Shown: positions 37,701-46,064, counted from the stretch's first letter. The stretch is 59,289 nucleotides of DNA from an uncultured bacterium (GCA_965371515.1 CBDUYR010000013.1:1-59289), one strand, 5' to 3'. Numbers and translations are program-made. Notes: generated from the letters alone by a model not told the origin.

Positions 37701-38168
37701 CGGGATGCTGATAACGACGGGATATATGAGGTAGGCGATTCCGGCGAATGTCGTATCTGCGAAGAAGACATTGAAGACCAGGCCTATCAGCAGGATCACG
37801 ATATTGAGGAGGAGGAACATCGTCATGATCCCGACCGTCTTGCCGAGGACGTAATCGGTGTTCGTCATCGAACGCATGTATACGACCTCGGTCGTATCGA
37901 GCTTCTTGTCCCTCTTGAGGAAATCTGAGGCGAGGAAGACTGCGATGATCGCCTGCGCCACATTGAGAAAGAGGATGTTCATGTAAGGGATCGTTGTCGG
38001 TACGCCCTGTAAGGCCCACGGTGCGTGTGTGACGTTGGAGAGGGATACGAAATCGAAGAAACCGATGATCGCGACGGAGAGTATGGAGAATATCCGGAAG
38101 AACCAGCTCCTCCACAGTGTCTTCGCCTCGAACCTGGCCACTGTGAGGATATTGTAGATTGATATCAT
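34785..38168 (-). CDS. ABC-2 permease with a large periplasmic M1-aminopeptidase-like region and a C-terminal golvesin/xanthan-lyase CBD-like domain
   Basis: About 7 N-terminal TM (ARFE.K.L.RSWF, RD...DT.EV.Y.R.M.N..Y..GK). Then F.LNPGL, WYP and YPF.R...VEVP, and a C-terminal VVDNED.GF...GWNYLGSY...VIADAVKW. Confidence 0.75.
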   Translation of the reverse strand: MISIYNILTVARFEAKTLWRSWFFRIFSILSVAIIGFFDFVSLSNVTHAPWALQGVPTTIPYMNILFLNVAQAIIAVFLASDFLKRDKKLDTTEVVYMRSMTNTDYVLGKTVGIMTMFLLLNIVILLIGLVFNVFFADTTFAGIAYLIYPVVISIPTLIFILGFAFLMMVTIRNQAVTFIVLLGYIGMTLFYLGPRIHNVFDYIAFNVPLVYSQFTGFADITHMLVQRLIYLLFGLSFISLTIVMIRRLPQSRVMTGFARIAGFACAALAIVLIVVYTGRDGNMARQRERILAASEAASARDVATPLSCHIDLKHEGGLIDATAEITVRNETGAPLSSYIFNLNPGLTVREVEGASGTLKYERDEHILMVVPGSPLAAGAEDSFSIQWRGIINEDALYTDIDVGTLTGMNRLMFFVMGRRYSYIHPGYVLLTPETMWYPAAGPGFIPSRPLERRHDFVDFSLDVTTTPGLTAVSQGASSNDSPGKFSFRPENRLPAISLTIAGFERHTAVVDSVEYNIYFGPGNDYWSEYMTEVGDTLEAMIRDLRQTYENNLNLEYPFPRFSIVEVPVHYSAFYHAWSVYQETVQPEMVFIPERGITIRGADFRRMKRRTKRQQERSNEDISEMENQAGMFAVFVNATLTGRFGRSDWDSDDPFQRSPSYNVFPNMLAFRGGIDSKEMPWLGMALESWYASRLEDNTFSWSRMRWGMTLDERVNLKLAEMSLRDLILDPEYRKMSHYALKSKGSFLLRMLESAASRDELDKIIKGLFEEYEYDNVPGDVFVSSLNDEFNIDLSAITEGWYDGISVPGFTMSPVEIFKFIDEEREKFQVRLSVTNNEDTDGLIVFTFKQMDVNMRGGGGRMRRMMTATMTMGKDYSRYVPVKAGETRELGFVLGFQPSSVQVNTLVSRNLPVLMDIDLPEELEEKKKITPFDGERVLDKPVELTVKGETVVDNEDPGFSSSSGTSKSLLKRLIPRGASEKDVKYVGMRFWDGGSESSRWQPTIDTKFYGAQIRSAHFIASGSGDHTAAFTATLEKSGHFDVYYHASRIVSPWRRHRGGGHDADYGKVHFLIYHDDGVEETELDLNSAEDGWNYLGSYYISQGEAKIEITNESEARFVIADAVKWVGR

Positions 38169-38219
38169 TGCATCAGCCTTTCATCGGTCGGTGGGGATCG
38201 CAACGCCTCCGGGGCGTTC

Positions 38220-39101
38220 TCAGTTCTCGGACTGGTTCTCCATGAAATAGACGTAAGCGTGCTCGAGATTCGGCTCTATTTCTTCACCGGGCCATCTGCC
38301 CGTATCGTCGGCCACGACGTGGACCTCCCAGCCGTCGTCTGCGGGGATGGTCGATATCACCGGGAAGGTCGTCTTTATCTCCTCGAGTTCGCTGTCGAGC
38401 GCGCGTATTTTCCACGACCGCCCGCGGGCCTTCTCGATAAGCTCGTCGGGGGAGCCGCGGAAAACGACGCGGCCGCGGTCGAGCAACGCCATGTTATGGC
38501 AGGTGCTCGATATGTCGCCGACGATATGAGTCGAGAGGATGATGGCGATATCCTTCTGGCCCATGTCTGCGAGCAGGTTTCTGAATCTGATCCGCTCCTC
38601 GGGATCGAGGCCGGTCGTCGGTTCGTCGACGACTATGATCTTCGGCTCTCCGATCAGAGCCTGGGCGATCCCCAGCCTGCGTTTCATTCCCCCGGAGAGC
38701 TTGTTGGCGAGCCGGTCGCGCACGTCGTAGAGGCCGACCTGTTCAAGCATCTCGCCGACGGCCTTTGTCCGCTTCTTCGTTTCCCTCAGGCCGGCGAGGC
38801 GCGTCACGTAATCGAGGAATTCCCATGTAGTGAGTTTGGAGAAGAACCTGAACTCCTGCGGAAGATATCCGAGCATCGACCTGATCTCGCGCCGGTTCTT
38901 CTGCAGGTCGAGATCGTTCACCCTGACGCTGCCGCCCGTCGGCTTCATCAGCGTGACGAGGATCCTCATCAGGGTCGTCTTTCCCGCGCCGTTCGGCCCG
39001 AGCAGGCCGAACATCCCGCTGCCTATATCGAGGTCCACTCCTGTGAGGGCTGCCGTGCCGCCCTTGTATGTCATGCTCAATCCTTTGACCGATATGTTCA
39101 T
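38220..39101 (-). CDS. ABC transporter ATP-binding protein (ABC-2/DrrA-like)
   Basis: GPNGAGKT, LSGGMK, IIVVDEP and STH. Confidence 0.95.
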   Translation of the reverse strand: MNISVKGLSMTYKGGTAALTGVDLDIGSGMFGLLGPNGAGKTTLMRILVTLMKPTGGSVRVNDLDLQKNRREIRSMLGYLPQEFRFFSKLTTWEFLDYVTRLAGLRETKKRTKAVGEMLEQVGLYDVRDRLANKLSGGMKRRLGIAQALIGEPKIIVVDEPTTGLDPEERIRFRNLLADMGQKDIAIILSTHIVGDISSTCHNMALLDRGRVVFRGSPDELIEKARGRSWKIRALDSELEEIKTTFPVISTIPADDGWEVHVVADDTGRWPGEEIEPNLEHAYVYFMENQSEN

Positions 39102-39134
39102 CCTCGCCCCTTCCGGCGTCGTAGATATCCTTCG

Positions 39135-39187
39135 TACGCCTTCGACCTCATATAGTTTCAGTCAATCGCCAGCGCGTTTCGGTTACA
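39135..39187 (-). promoter_or_regulatory. Tandem ECF-sigma-type promoters of the ABC-RND operon
   Basis: TGTAAC-N17-TGAC (39187-39161) immediately followed by TGAAAC-N16-CGTA (39160-39135). Confidence 0.6.
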
Positions 39188-39259
39188 GGAAAAATCGGCA
39201 AATATGCCGGATGTGAAGTTTATATCATCGATTCGGTCCGCTCAACACAAAAGGTCCCG

Positions 39260-41548
39260 TCAGGTCTCCTTCGGACCGCTGATTTTCAGGAATATGTCCA
39301 TCGCGCGGACAGCCCGGTCGATCTTCCTGAAGACAGGTATCCCTGCCCGTTCCATCATCTCGACCGCCGGGTCGTAGATCGCGCCTTCGTTGAGGCATAC
39401 GACCATCGGCTTTTCCGTAGAGCGAAAGAGCCTGATCATCGTGTTTGGATGGGAGGATTCCCGGTTGATGTCTTCCCCGTGGCCTGGTCCGGCGGGGAGG
39501 TTCTCCTGAAACGGGGTGGAGGCGACGTTCGATATTAAGACGCAGTCGACGTTGTCGTCCTCCAGGACCGCCTCTATGCACTTCCCGTACTTCTCCGTCG
39601 TGATCGCCGGTGTGGCGTCGATCGGGTTGTGGACATCTATGAACCCGGTGGGGAGGAGATCGCCGAGCCGTTCGAGCGTTTTCTCCGAGAACCGGGCCAG
39701 CTCCATCGATCCGAGCCTGTCGGCCGCCACGGAGCATTCGTAGCCTGCGTCGCTCGATATCGCGATGCGGTTTCCGCCCGCGCGTCTCCCCTCGAGCAGG
39801 GTGAGGACCTTCATCGCGTCCTCCATCTCCTCCAGGGAGTCGGCGACATGGATCCCGGCGTCGCGCAGGAGCCGCTCGAGTACGGCGTAGTCGCCGGCCA
39901 TCGCTGCGGTGTGCGACGCGACGGCCGCGGCGCCCTCGTCGGTCCGTCCGGCCTTGTAGAGGATGATGCTGCGGCCGGAGGATATGATCCTCCGGGCCAG
40001 TTCGAGGAATCGCTCGCCCTCCCAGGCACGAAAACCTTCTATGTATATACAGAACAGGTCGATATCGGGATCGCCTGATATGTTTTCGAGATGATCGGTG
40101 ATCGTGAGGTCGATCTGGTTGCCGACAGTTATCATGTATCGCGGCTGCAGGAACGCCGCCTGCGTGTTGAGCAGTGTAACGAGCCACGCTCCGCTCTGGC
40201 TTATGACGGCGCTGCGCTTCCCGAACTCTCCCTCGAGAGGAAACTTGTACTCGGGGAGAAAGAATGTGTTGTAGCCGCCCGGTTCCGAGATGATACCCAT
40301 GCAGTTGGGGCCGTTGACGATCGTGCCTCCGCCCGGGAGTTCCCGGCCATCGGCGATGGCCTTTCTCAGTCTCAGGGAAAGCTTGCGGCCTCCCTCGGTC
40401 TCGCCGTATCCCCCCGATATGAGGATTATCGATTCGGTCCTCTCGCCGAGGATCAGTTCCTCGAGGAGAGCCTCCGATTTCTCGCTCGCAGGGATCGTGA
40501 AGACGGTCGTATCGACCTTCTCCGGCAGGTCGGCGGGTGACCGGAAGGCCGCGCACCCTTCGATCGAATCGGCCTCGGGATGGAGGAGGTAGATCCTCTC
40601 GCGCGGTATCGTCTCCGACGCGGCGAGGTTCCTCAGTATCACGCGGCCCATGTTGACTTTGGCTGCCGATGCTCCGATGACGAGGATGCTCATCGGTCGA
40701 AGCAGCCTGTCGATCTTCTCCTGCGGAGCCGCCTCGCGGCTCCCTTTTATGCGCGAGAGCTTCATCATCGCGTCCAGCGGGACGAGCCCGCCGTCGCCGG
40801 TTATCTGGAGCGGATTTATCTCGAGCTCTTCTATTGTTACTGGAGTCCGGTCGGAGAGGGGGGAGAAGCTCGCGGCCAGAGAGGCGAACCGCTGCACCAC
40901 CTCGACGAACGCGCCGGGAGCGATCATCGGCTGCGAGGATATCCGCGTCTGTCCGGTGATGATCGGGAAAAACAGCGTATTCATCAGTGCGTTCTCTACT
41001 GATTCCTTTTCGGCGCACATCGACGAGGCCATCACGCGCAGCCCGCGGTCTTTCTTCAGCCCCTCGTTGTATACCTCCGTTCCCGTCCCGCCCAGTCCGG
41101 CGGCGACGACGGGGCCGAATGCCCTGTCCTGCTTCAGAGAGAGGAGCAGTTGCCTGGGGACCGACTCGTCCACGTCGAGGCGGCGGGCTACGAGCATCCC
41201 GGAGAACTCTACCCCGAGTCTCGAGGCGGTCGCTTCGAAATCCGAGAATACGCCGCGCAGCGTCTCAGGCCTCTTTTCGGTGAATCTGATGCCGCCGTGT
41301 TCGGTGCGGTGAGCGACCTGCGGTGAGATGAACTTGCAGACGACCTCGTTGCCCGGCAGGGAGGCGAGCGCTTCCTCGGCTATCTCGTCGGCCGAGGTCA
41401 CGAAGACGGCCTCGGGCGTCTCGAATCCGAGAAGGTCGAGGACGGCATAGACCTCGTCCTCGCGGGGGATCTCCCTGCCCTCGTCGAGAATACCGAGCAG
41501 GATCTCCTCGATCGCGGCGAGCACCCGCGGCTCGATCGTATTATTCAT
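39260..41548 (-). CDS. Acetate/acyl-CoA ligase (ADP-forming), ATP-grasp domain first (beta-alpha fusion)
   Basis: N-terminal K..S....H.TE.GG, D..FGP and ELEINP. Then VIGAS, GPNCMG, ISQSG, GNQ.D, phospho-His ASHT and NPID. Confidence 0.88.
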   Translation of the reverse strand: MNNTIEPRVLAAIEEILLGILDEGREIPREDEVYAVLDLLGFETPEAVFVTSADEIAEEALASLPGNEVVCKFISPQVAHRTEHGGIRFTEKRPETLRGVFSDFEATASRLGVEFSGMLVARRLDVDESVPRQLLLSLKQDRAFGPVVAAGLGGTGTEVYNEGLKKDRGLRVMASSMCAEKESVENALMNTLFFPIITGQTRISSQPMIAPGAFVEVVQRFASLAASFSPLSDRTPVTIEELEINPLQITGDGGLVPLDAMMKLSRIKGSREAAPQEKIDRLLRPMSILVIGASAAKVNMGRVILRNLAASETIPRERIYLLHPEADSIEGCAAFRSPADLPEKVDTTVFTIPASEKSEALLEELILGERTESIILISGGYGETEGGRKLSLRLRKAIADGRELPGGGTIVNGPNCMGIISEPGGYNTFFLPEYKFPLEGEFGKRSAVISQSGAWLVTLLNTQAAFLQPRYMITVGNQIDLTITDHLENISGDPDIDLFCIYIEGFRAWEGERFLELARRIISSGRSIILYKAGRTDEGAAAVASHTAAMAGDYAVLERLLRDAGIHVADSLEEMEDAMKVLTLLEGRRAGGNRIAISSDAGYECSVAADRLGSMELARFSEKTLERLGDLLPTGFIDVHNPIDATPAITTEKYGKCIEAVLEDDNVDCVLISNVASTPFQENLPAGPGHGEDINRESSHPNTMIRLFRSTEKPMVVCLNEGAIYDPAVEMMERAGIPVFRKIDRAVRAMDIFLKISGPKET

Positions 41549-41815
41549 CTTCCTTCTCCGTAGTCATATCGAGGCAGAGCGCGCTTTTCTGTACGAGTCT
41601 GCCGTATTTATCGCACCAGAGGGCTATGCTGGTGCGGCAGGCGCCGTCGAGTGCGTCCTTGTCCGGAAAAGACGCGTGGCGGCAGTCGGGGTCGCACCAT
41701 CTGGGCTGTCGCGTCATGATCGGCCTTTCGAATAATTTAAACGTAGAATATTATATGCGAAGGCAATATTGTTGTCGAACATTATCACCCCTCTGTCGCG
41801 CACGGGAGAGAGACG

Positions 41816-43474
41816 ATGACGGCAAGGCAATCGATAGAAAAAGAGATAAAGGCCCAGAGGTCAGTCATCAGGAGTCTGAAGAGGGAGATATTCGGACTCG
41901 ACAAGACCTCGAAGTCGTCGTATATCCGCGAGTTCCATTCAGAGCTGTCCGGTTACAGGAAGATCTGCTCGAAAGAGGAAGTCCTCGAAAGGGCCGCCGC
42001 CAGCGACATCGTCTATTTCGGTGATTATCATCCGCTCGACGCGAGCCAGAAGCTCGCGCTCGACTTTCTGGCCGAGTTGAAGGCGAGGGGGACAAAGGTC
42101 ATCCTTGCCCTCGAGATGCTCTACGAGTACGAGCAGGAGACGCTCGACAGGTGGATGAAGGGGGCGATGAGCGAGGAGGAGTTCGTCGAGGCGATTAACT
42201 ACAGTTCGGAGTGGGGATTCAACTGGGAGAGCTACCGCCGTTTTTTCGAAGCGGCGAAGGACCCGTTCGTGCCGATCTTCGGGATCGATTACGAGCCCCG
42301 CGACCAGCTCCGCTTCATCCGTCACAGGGACAGGATGATCGCCCGCAAGATAGCCTCGATAAGGGATTTCTTTCCCGACCATACGATCCTCGTCGTCATA
42401 GGCGAATCCCACATCGCATCGAGCCACCTGCCTGCGGACGTGAGAAAACTCACCGGCGGTCGCCTGAAAGAGACGACGATCGTCCAGAACATCGACGAGA
42501 TATACTGGAGGCTCCTTCGAAAGGGGCGCCAGGACGCCGAAGCGGTACAGATCGGAGCGGGGAGGTACTGCATCTTCACCGCCTCACCGATGATAAAGTA
42601 CCAGTCGTACCGCCGCGTGATCGACATCTGGACCGAGGGAGCCGGGTGCGACATCCACACCCCGTCGATGGGCGAGATGTTCGACAATATCCTCAACTTC
42701 ATCGTCGGCGGGAGGGGACGCCTCGAAGTCACCGCCGGCGAGGACTGGTGCGAGCCGGTCGAATCGGTCGTTCCCGAGATCCACTGCGGCACGACATACA
42801 AGTCGATATCGGCCCACCTCCGTTCTCTCGGGATGACGCAGAAGGGCGTGCTGGCCGCAGCCGAAAATCTGCGGCGTTCGGGCATGAGCTACATCCCTGT
42901 TGTCAATAAGCTGGTGATTCAGCGCTTCGACATAGTATGCGCCGCACGTGAAGCGGCGAGGTTCGTCCTCTACGCGATGCGCGACGAGATCGGTCCGCTG
43001 CGGAAGATCAGGAGGACGATGGAGGACAGATTCTATGCATTTGTCTTCGAGGAGGCGCTCTGCACCCTGGGCGCCAGGCTGGTAAATCCTGTGATATCGT
43101 GCGGGGGACCGGGAGAGCTCTTCGAAGCGATGGGAGAGAACGGTCCGGTCGGTGGCCCGGTGCCCGGAATGACCCTGGCCGAGACGAGGGAGGCAGCGGC
43201 CCTGCTGAGGTACCACATCGCCCGCGAGAAGACCGGCGGGAAGATGTCGACCGGGAAGATGAAACGGATACACAGTCTCGGCATCAGGAAGAGGTTGTGG
43301 ATCATCAAGGCACTCGGGTGGACGCTGGGAGACGCGTTCTACAGCGGGTTCCACGACGGGAAGGTCTCCCTCGAGGAGCTCCAGGCCCTTTTCCGCGAGA
43401 GGTTCGCCGTGGAGGGCGCCGCCGCGCCGCTATACCTCGAATGGGTCGGCAAGCTGCACCCCTATCGAGGCTGA
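41816..43474 (+). CDS. ChaN/Tiki-superfamily domain protein with a C-terminal extension
   Basis: DIVYFGDYH, LALEM, W.F.W..Y, RD..IA and VVIG.SH. No signal peptide. Confidence 0.65.
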   Translation: MTARQSIEKEIKAQRSVIRSLKREIFGLDKTSKSSYIREFHSELSGYRKICSKEEVLERAAASDIVYFGDYHPLDASQKLALDFLAELKARGTKVILALEMLYEYEQETLDRWMKGAMSEEEFVEAINYSSEWGFNWESYRRFFEAAKDPFVPIFGIDYEPRDQLRFIRHRDRMIARKIASIRDFFPDHTILVVIGESHIASSHLPADVRKLTGGRLKETTIVQNIDEIYWRLLRKGRQDAEAVQIGAGRYCIFTASPMIKYQSYRRVIDIWTEGAGCDIHTPSMGEMFDNILNFIVGGRGRLEVTAGEDWCEPVESVVPEIHCGTTYKSISAHLRSLGMTQKGVLAAAENLRRSGMSYIPVVNKLVIQRFDIVCAAREAARFVLYAMRDEIGPLRKIRRTMEDRFYAFVFEEALCTLGARLVNPVISCGGPGELFEAMGENGPVGGPVPGMTLAETREAAALLRYHIAREKTGGKMSTGKMKRIHSLGIRKRLWIIKALGWTLGDAFYSGFHDGKVSLEELQALFRERFAVEGAAAPLYLEWVGKLHPYRG

Positions 43475-43578
43475 TCTGCTTCAATATCCCTTTTTTCCTT
43501 TGAATTCCACCGTGCTTACGGGCAGTATCACCGGGATGCACCGGCGCCAGGCGCTGGAAAGAGACAGGAGTACCCGAT

Positions 43579-43941
43579 ATGAATGACGCGAGGGATATCA
43601 TCGACCGGACCGTACTGGTCAAGCTGGAGAGCTGCGAGGGGATCGAGTTCACCGGCATCGAGAGCGAGGGACCGTTTTTCTGCAAGGTCAAGGCCGTCGA
43701 CGAAGCGGGGATCTGGGTGGAGAACAGGAAGTTCATGACCGTTGAGTTGAGGGACTCGAGCGGGCGGGCTGTACCGAAGAAAAAGAGAAAGCCCCAGAAG
43801 CACACGGTCAACATCCTCCTCCCGTGGAGGACGATCCAGACGATCATAATGTTCGAGGATGAGAACGGGGAGAACCTGGAAATCGACGAAGAGGCTCTCG
43901 GTTTAGCCGAGCAGTCGGGAAGGATAGGTTTCATAAAGTAG
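43579..43941 (+). CDS. Hypothetical protein (possible Sm-like fold)
   Basis: AGGAG RBS, 120 aa, host-like codon usage. Confidence 0.7.
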   Translation: MNDARDIIDRTVLVKLESCEGIEFTGIESEGPFFCKVKAVDEAGIWVENRKFMTVELRDSSGRAVPKKKRKPQKHTVNILLPWRTIQTIIMFEDENGENLEIDEEALGLAEQSGRIGFIK

Positions 43942-43970
43942 GACGCCCCCCGGCGACCCGCAGCGATCTC

Positions 43971-45365
43971 ATGTACGACGCAAAAACAAACAGTTTCAGG
44001 AGGAAGGTCAAGAGGAAGATCCAGCGGATGCCTCCCGGGCTCGTCGTGGCGCTGAGCTTCCTTCTGACGGCGACGCTCGGGGCGATCCTCCTCTCGCTGC
44101 CCGCCGCTTCGACGGGCAGCCCGCTGGGCAGGCTCGATGCCTTCTTCACTGCCATATCGTCAGTCTGCGTGACAGGACTCGTCGTCATCGATATCGGGAC
44201 GAAGCTGACCGTCTTCGGCAAGATCGTAGTCATGACGCTGATACAGGTCGGCGGGCTCGGCATCATGACGTTTTCCGTCTTTCTTTTTCTGTTTATCGGA
44301 AAGAGCCTGGGGACGAAGGAGAGATGGATCATCAACGAGTCGTTCCTTCCCGATCCTATCGTTGACATCAGACAGTTGATCCGGATGATATTCGTATTCA
44401 CCTTCACCGTCGAGGTGGTCGGGGCCGCACTGCTCTTCCTCGTCTGGAGAAGGGAGATGCCGCTGCAGCCGGCGATCTTCACGAGCGTCTTTCACGCGAT
44501 ATCTTCGTTCTGCAACGCTGGATTCTCGTTCTTCTCAACGAGCTTCATGCAATACCAGGGGAACATACTGCTCAACGTCACGGTGATGAGCCTGATAATC
44601 CTCGGGGGCCTCGGATTCCCGGTTATCAACGAGTTCTACTGGAGGATCAGGCACCGCAGGGACCGCAAGCGTTACCATTTCTCCCTACACACGAAGCTGG
44701 TCCTGTCAACGACAGCAGTTCTGATAATCGGCGGGGCGCTGCTGATATTCTTCATCGAGAGGGGGCCGGAGTGGGAGACGCTGACGCTGAGGAACAGGAC
44801 GCTGGTATCTATCTTCCAGTCGGTCACAGCAAGGACGGCCGGTTTTAACACGGTCGATATCTCGGCGCTCGAGCCAGCCACGCTTTTTATAATAATCATG
44901 CTGATGTTCATCGGGGCGAGCCCCGGTTCTACGGGAGGGGGGATAAAGACGACGACCCTCGCCGTGTTCGCCGCAATAATCAAGAGCCGGATCTCCGGCC
45001 GCCAGTCGGTCGGCGTGTTCAGGAGTACGATACCGGAAGGAAGGATAGGGAGGGCGCTGTCGATCCTCGCCATGGCGGTCATCACAGTGTCGGTCGGGCT
45101 GGTCCTGCTCCTCATCTTTCACATGGACCTGGCGCATGGATCGACCGACTATTTCCTGTCTGCGCTCTTCGAGACGGTTTCGGCCTTCGCCACGGTAGGC
45201 CTCTCGATGGGAACTACAGGCACGCTTAATCCGGCCGGCAAGGTCGTAGTGATCGTTCTGATGTTCCTCGGAAGGGTGGGCCTGCTGACGATGGCCTACA
45301 TCGTTACCAGCCGGCTACGCCCGATAACTTACAGATACGCTGATGGAAGAATCATGATAGGATGA
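43971..45365 (+). CDS. ktrB: Ktr/Trk K+ uptake membrane subunit
   Basis: Four pore loops: CVTGL, CNAGF, RTAGF and ATVGL. Also GSTGGGIK and MFLGRVG. Confidence 0.92.
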   Translation: MYDAKTNSFRRKVKRKIQRMPPGLVVALSFLLTATLGAILLSLPAASTGSPLGRLDAFFTAISSVCVTGLVVIDIGTKLTVFGKIVVMTLIQVGGLGIMTFSVFLFLFIGKSLGTKERWIINESFLPDPIVDIRQLIRMIFVFTFTVEVVGAALLFLVWRREMPLQPAIFTSVFHAISSFCNAGFSFFSTSFMQYQGNILLNVTVMSLIILGGLGFPVINEFYWRIRHRRDRKRYHFSLHTKLVLSTTAVLIIGGALLIFFIERGPEWETLTLRNRTLVSIFQSVTARTAGFNTVDISALEPATLFIIIMLMFIGASPGSTGGGIKTTTLAVFAAIIKSRISGRQSVGVFRSTIPEGRIGRALSILAMAVITVSVGLVLLLIFHMDLAHGSTDYFLSALFETVSAFATVGLSMGTTGTLNPAGKVVVIVLMFLGRVGLLTMAYIVTSRLRPITYRYADGRIMIG

Positions 45366-45398
45366 TGCCGCGCCCCCGCGGAGGGAAAGGAAAAGGAG

Positions 45399-46064
45399 AT
45401 GGCAAAGAAATTCACCGTACTGGGACTCGGGAGTTTCGGGTTCAACGTGGCGAGAACGCTGTTCGAGGAGGGCCACGACGTCATCGCCCTCGACCGGGAC
45501 AACGATCTCGTCCTTAAAATACAGCCGTTCAGCTCGCAGGCCATAATCGGGGATGCGACCCAGAAGGAGATGCTTGCCACGCTCGGCCTCGACGAGATGG
45601 ACGCCGTTGTGGTCAGCATGGGCGACAACGCCAGCGCCTCGACCCTCGCCACCTTTTACGTAAAGGAACTCGGGGCGAAGAAGATCGTCGTGAAGGCCTC
45701 GAACACCGATCACGGCAAGATACTGAGAAAGGTCGGGGCCACACAGGTCATCTTTCCCGAGATGGATATGGCGGTGAAAGTGGCGAGGAATCTCTCCACT
45801 CCCGACGTGCTCGACTACTTCCCGATGACCGGCGATTACATCATCGCCGAGATCGCCCCGGTCCAGGAGTTCGTGGGAAAGACACTTGCGGAGCTGAAGC
45901 TGAGGTCGCAGTATAACGTGAATGTCATCGGTATCAAGGAGTTCATCCCGGAGAACTTCGTCCTGGTGCCCGCGGCAGATTTTACTATCAAGGACAGCGA
46001 CGTGCTGCTCGTCATAGGCACACGCGACGACATAAAGAAGATCAAACAACTGAGCAAGGGTTGA
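45399..46064 (+). CDS. ktrA: Ktr/Trk K+ uptake NAD-binding subunit
   Basis: GLGSFG Rossmann motif, FPE and an RCK-C domain. Confidence 0.92.
   Translation: MAKKFTVLGLGSFGFNVARTLFEEGHDVIALDRDNDLVLKIQPFSSQAIIGDATQKEMLATLGLDEMDAVVVSMGDNASASTLATFYVKELGAKKIVVKASNTDHGKILRKVGATQVIFPEMDMAVKVARNLSTPDVLDYFPMTGDYIIAEIAPVQEFVGKTLAELKLRSQYNVNVIGIKEFIPENFVLVPAADFTIKDSDVLLVIGTRDDIKKIKQLSKG

Noticed and set aside
39225..41018. 597-aa Arg-rich ORF on the same strand as the acyl-CoA ligase
   Set aside because: Alternative-frame artefact with low-complexity Arg/Pro/Gly composition.
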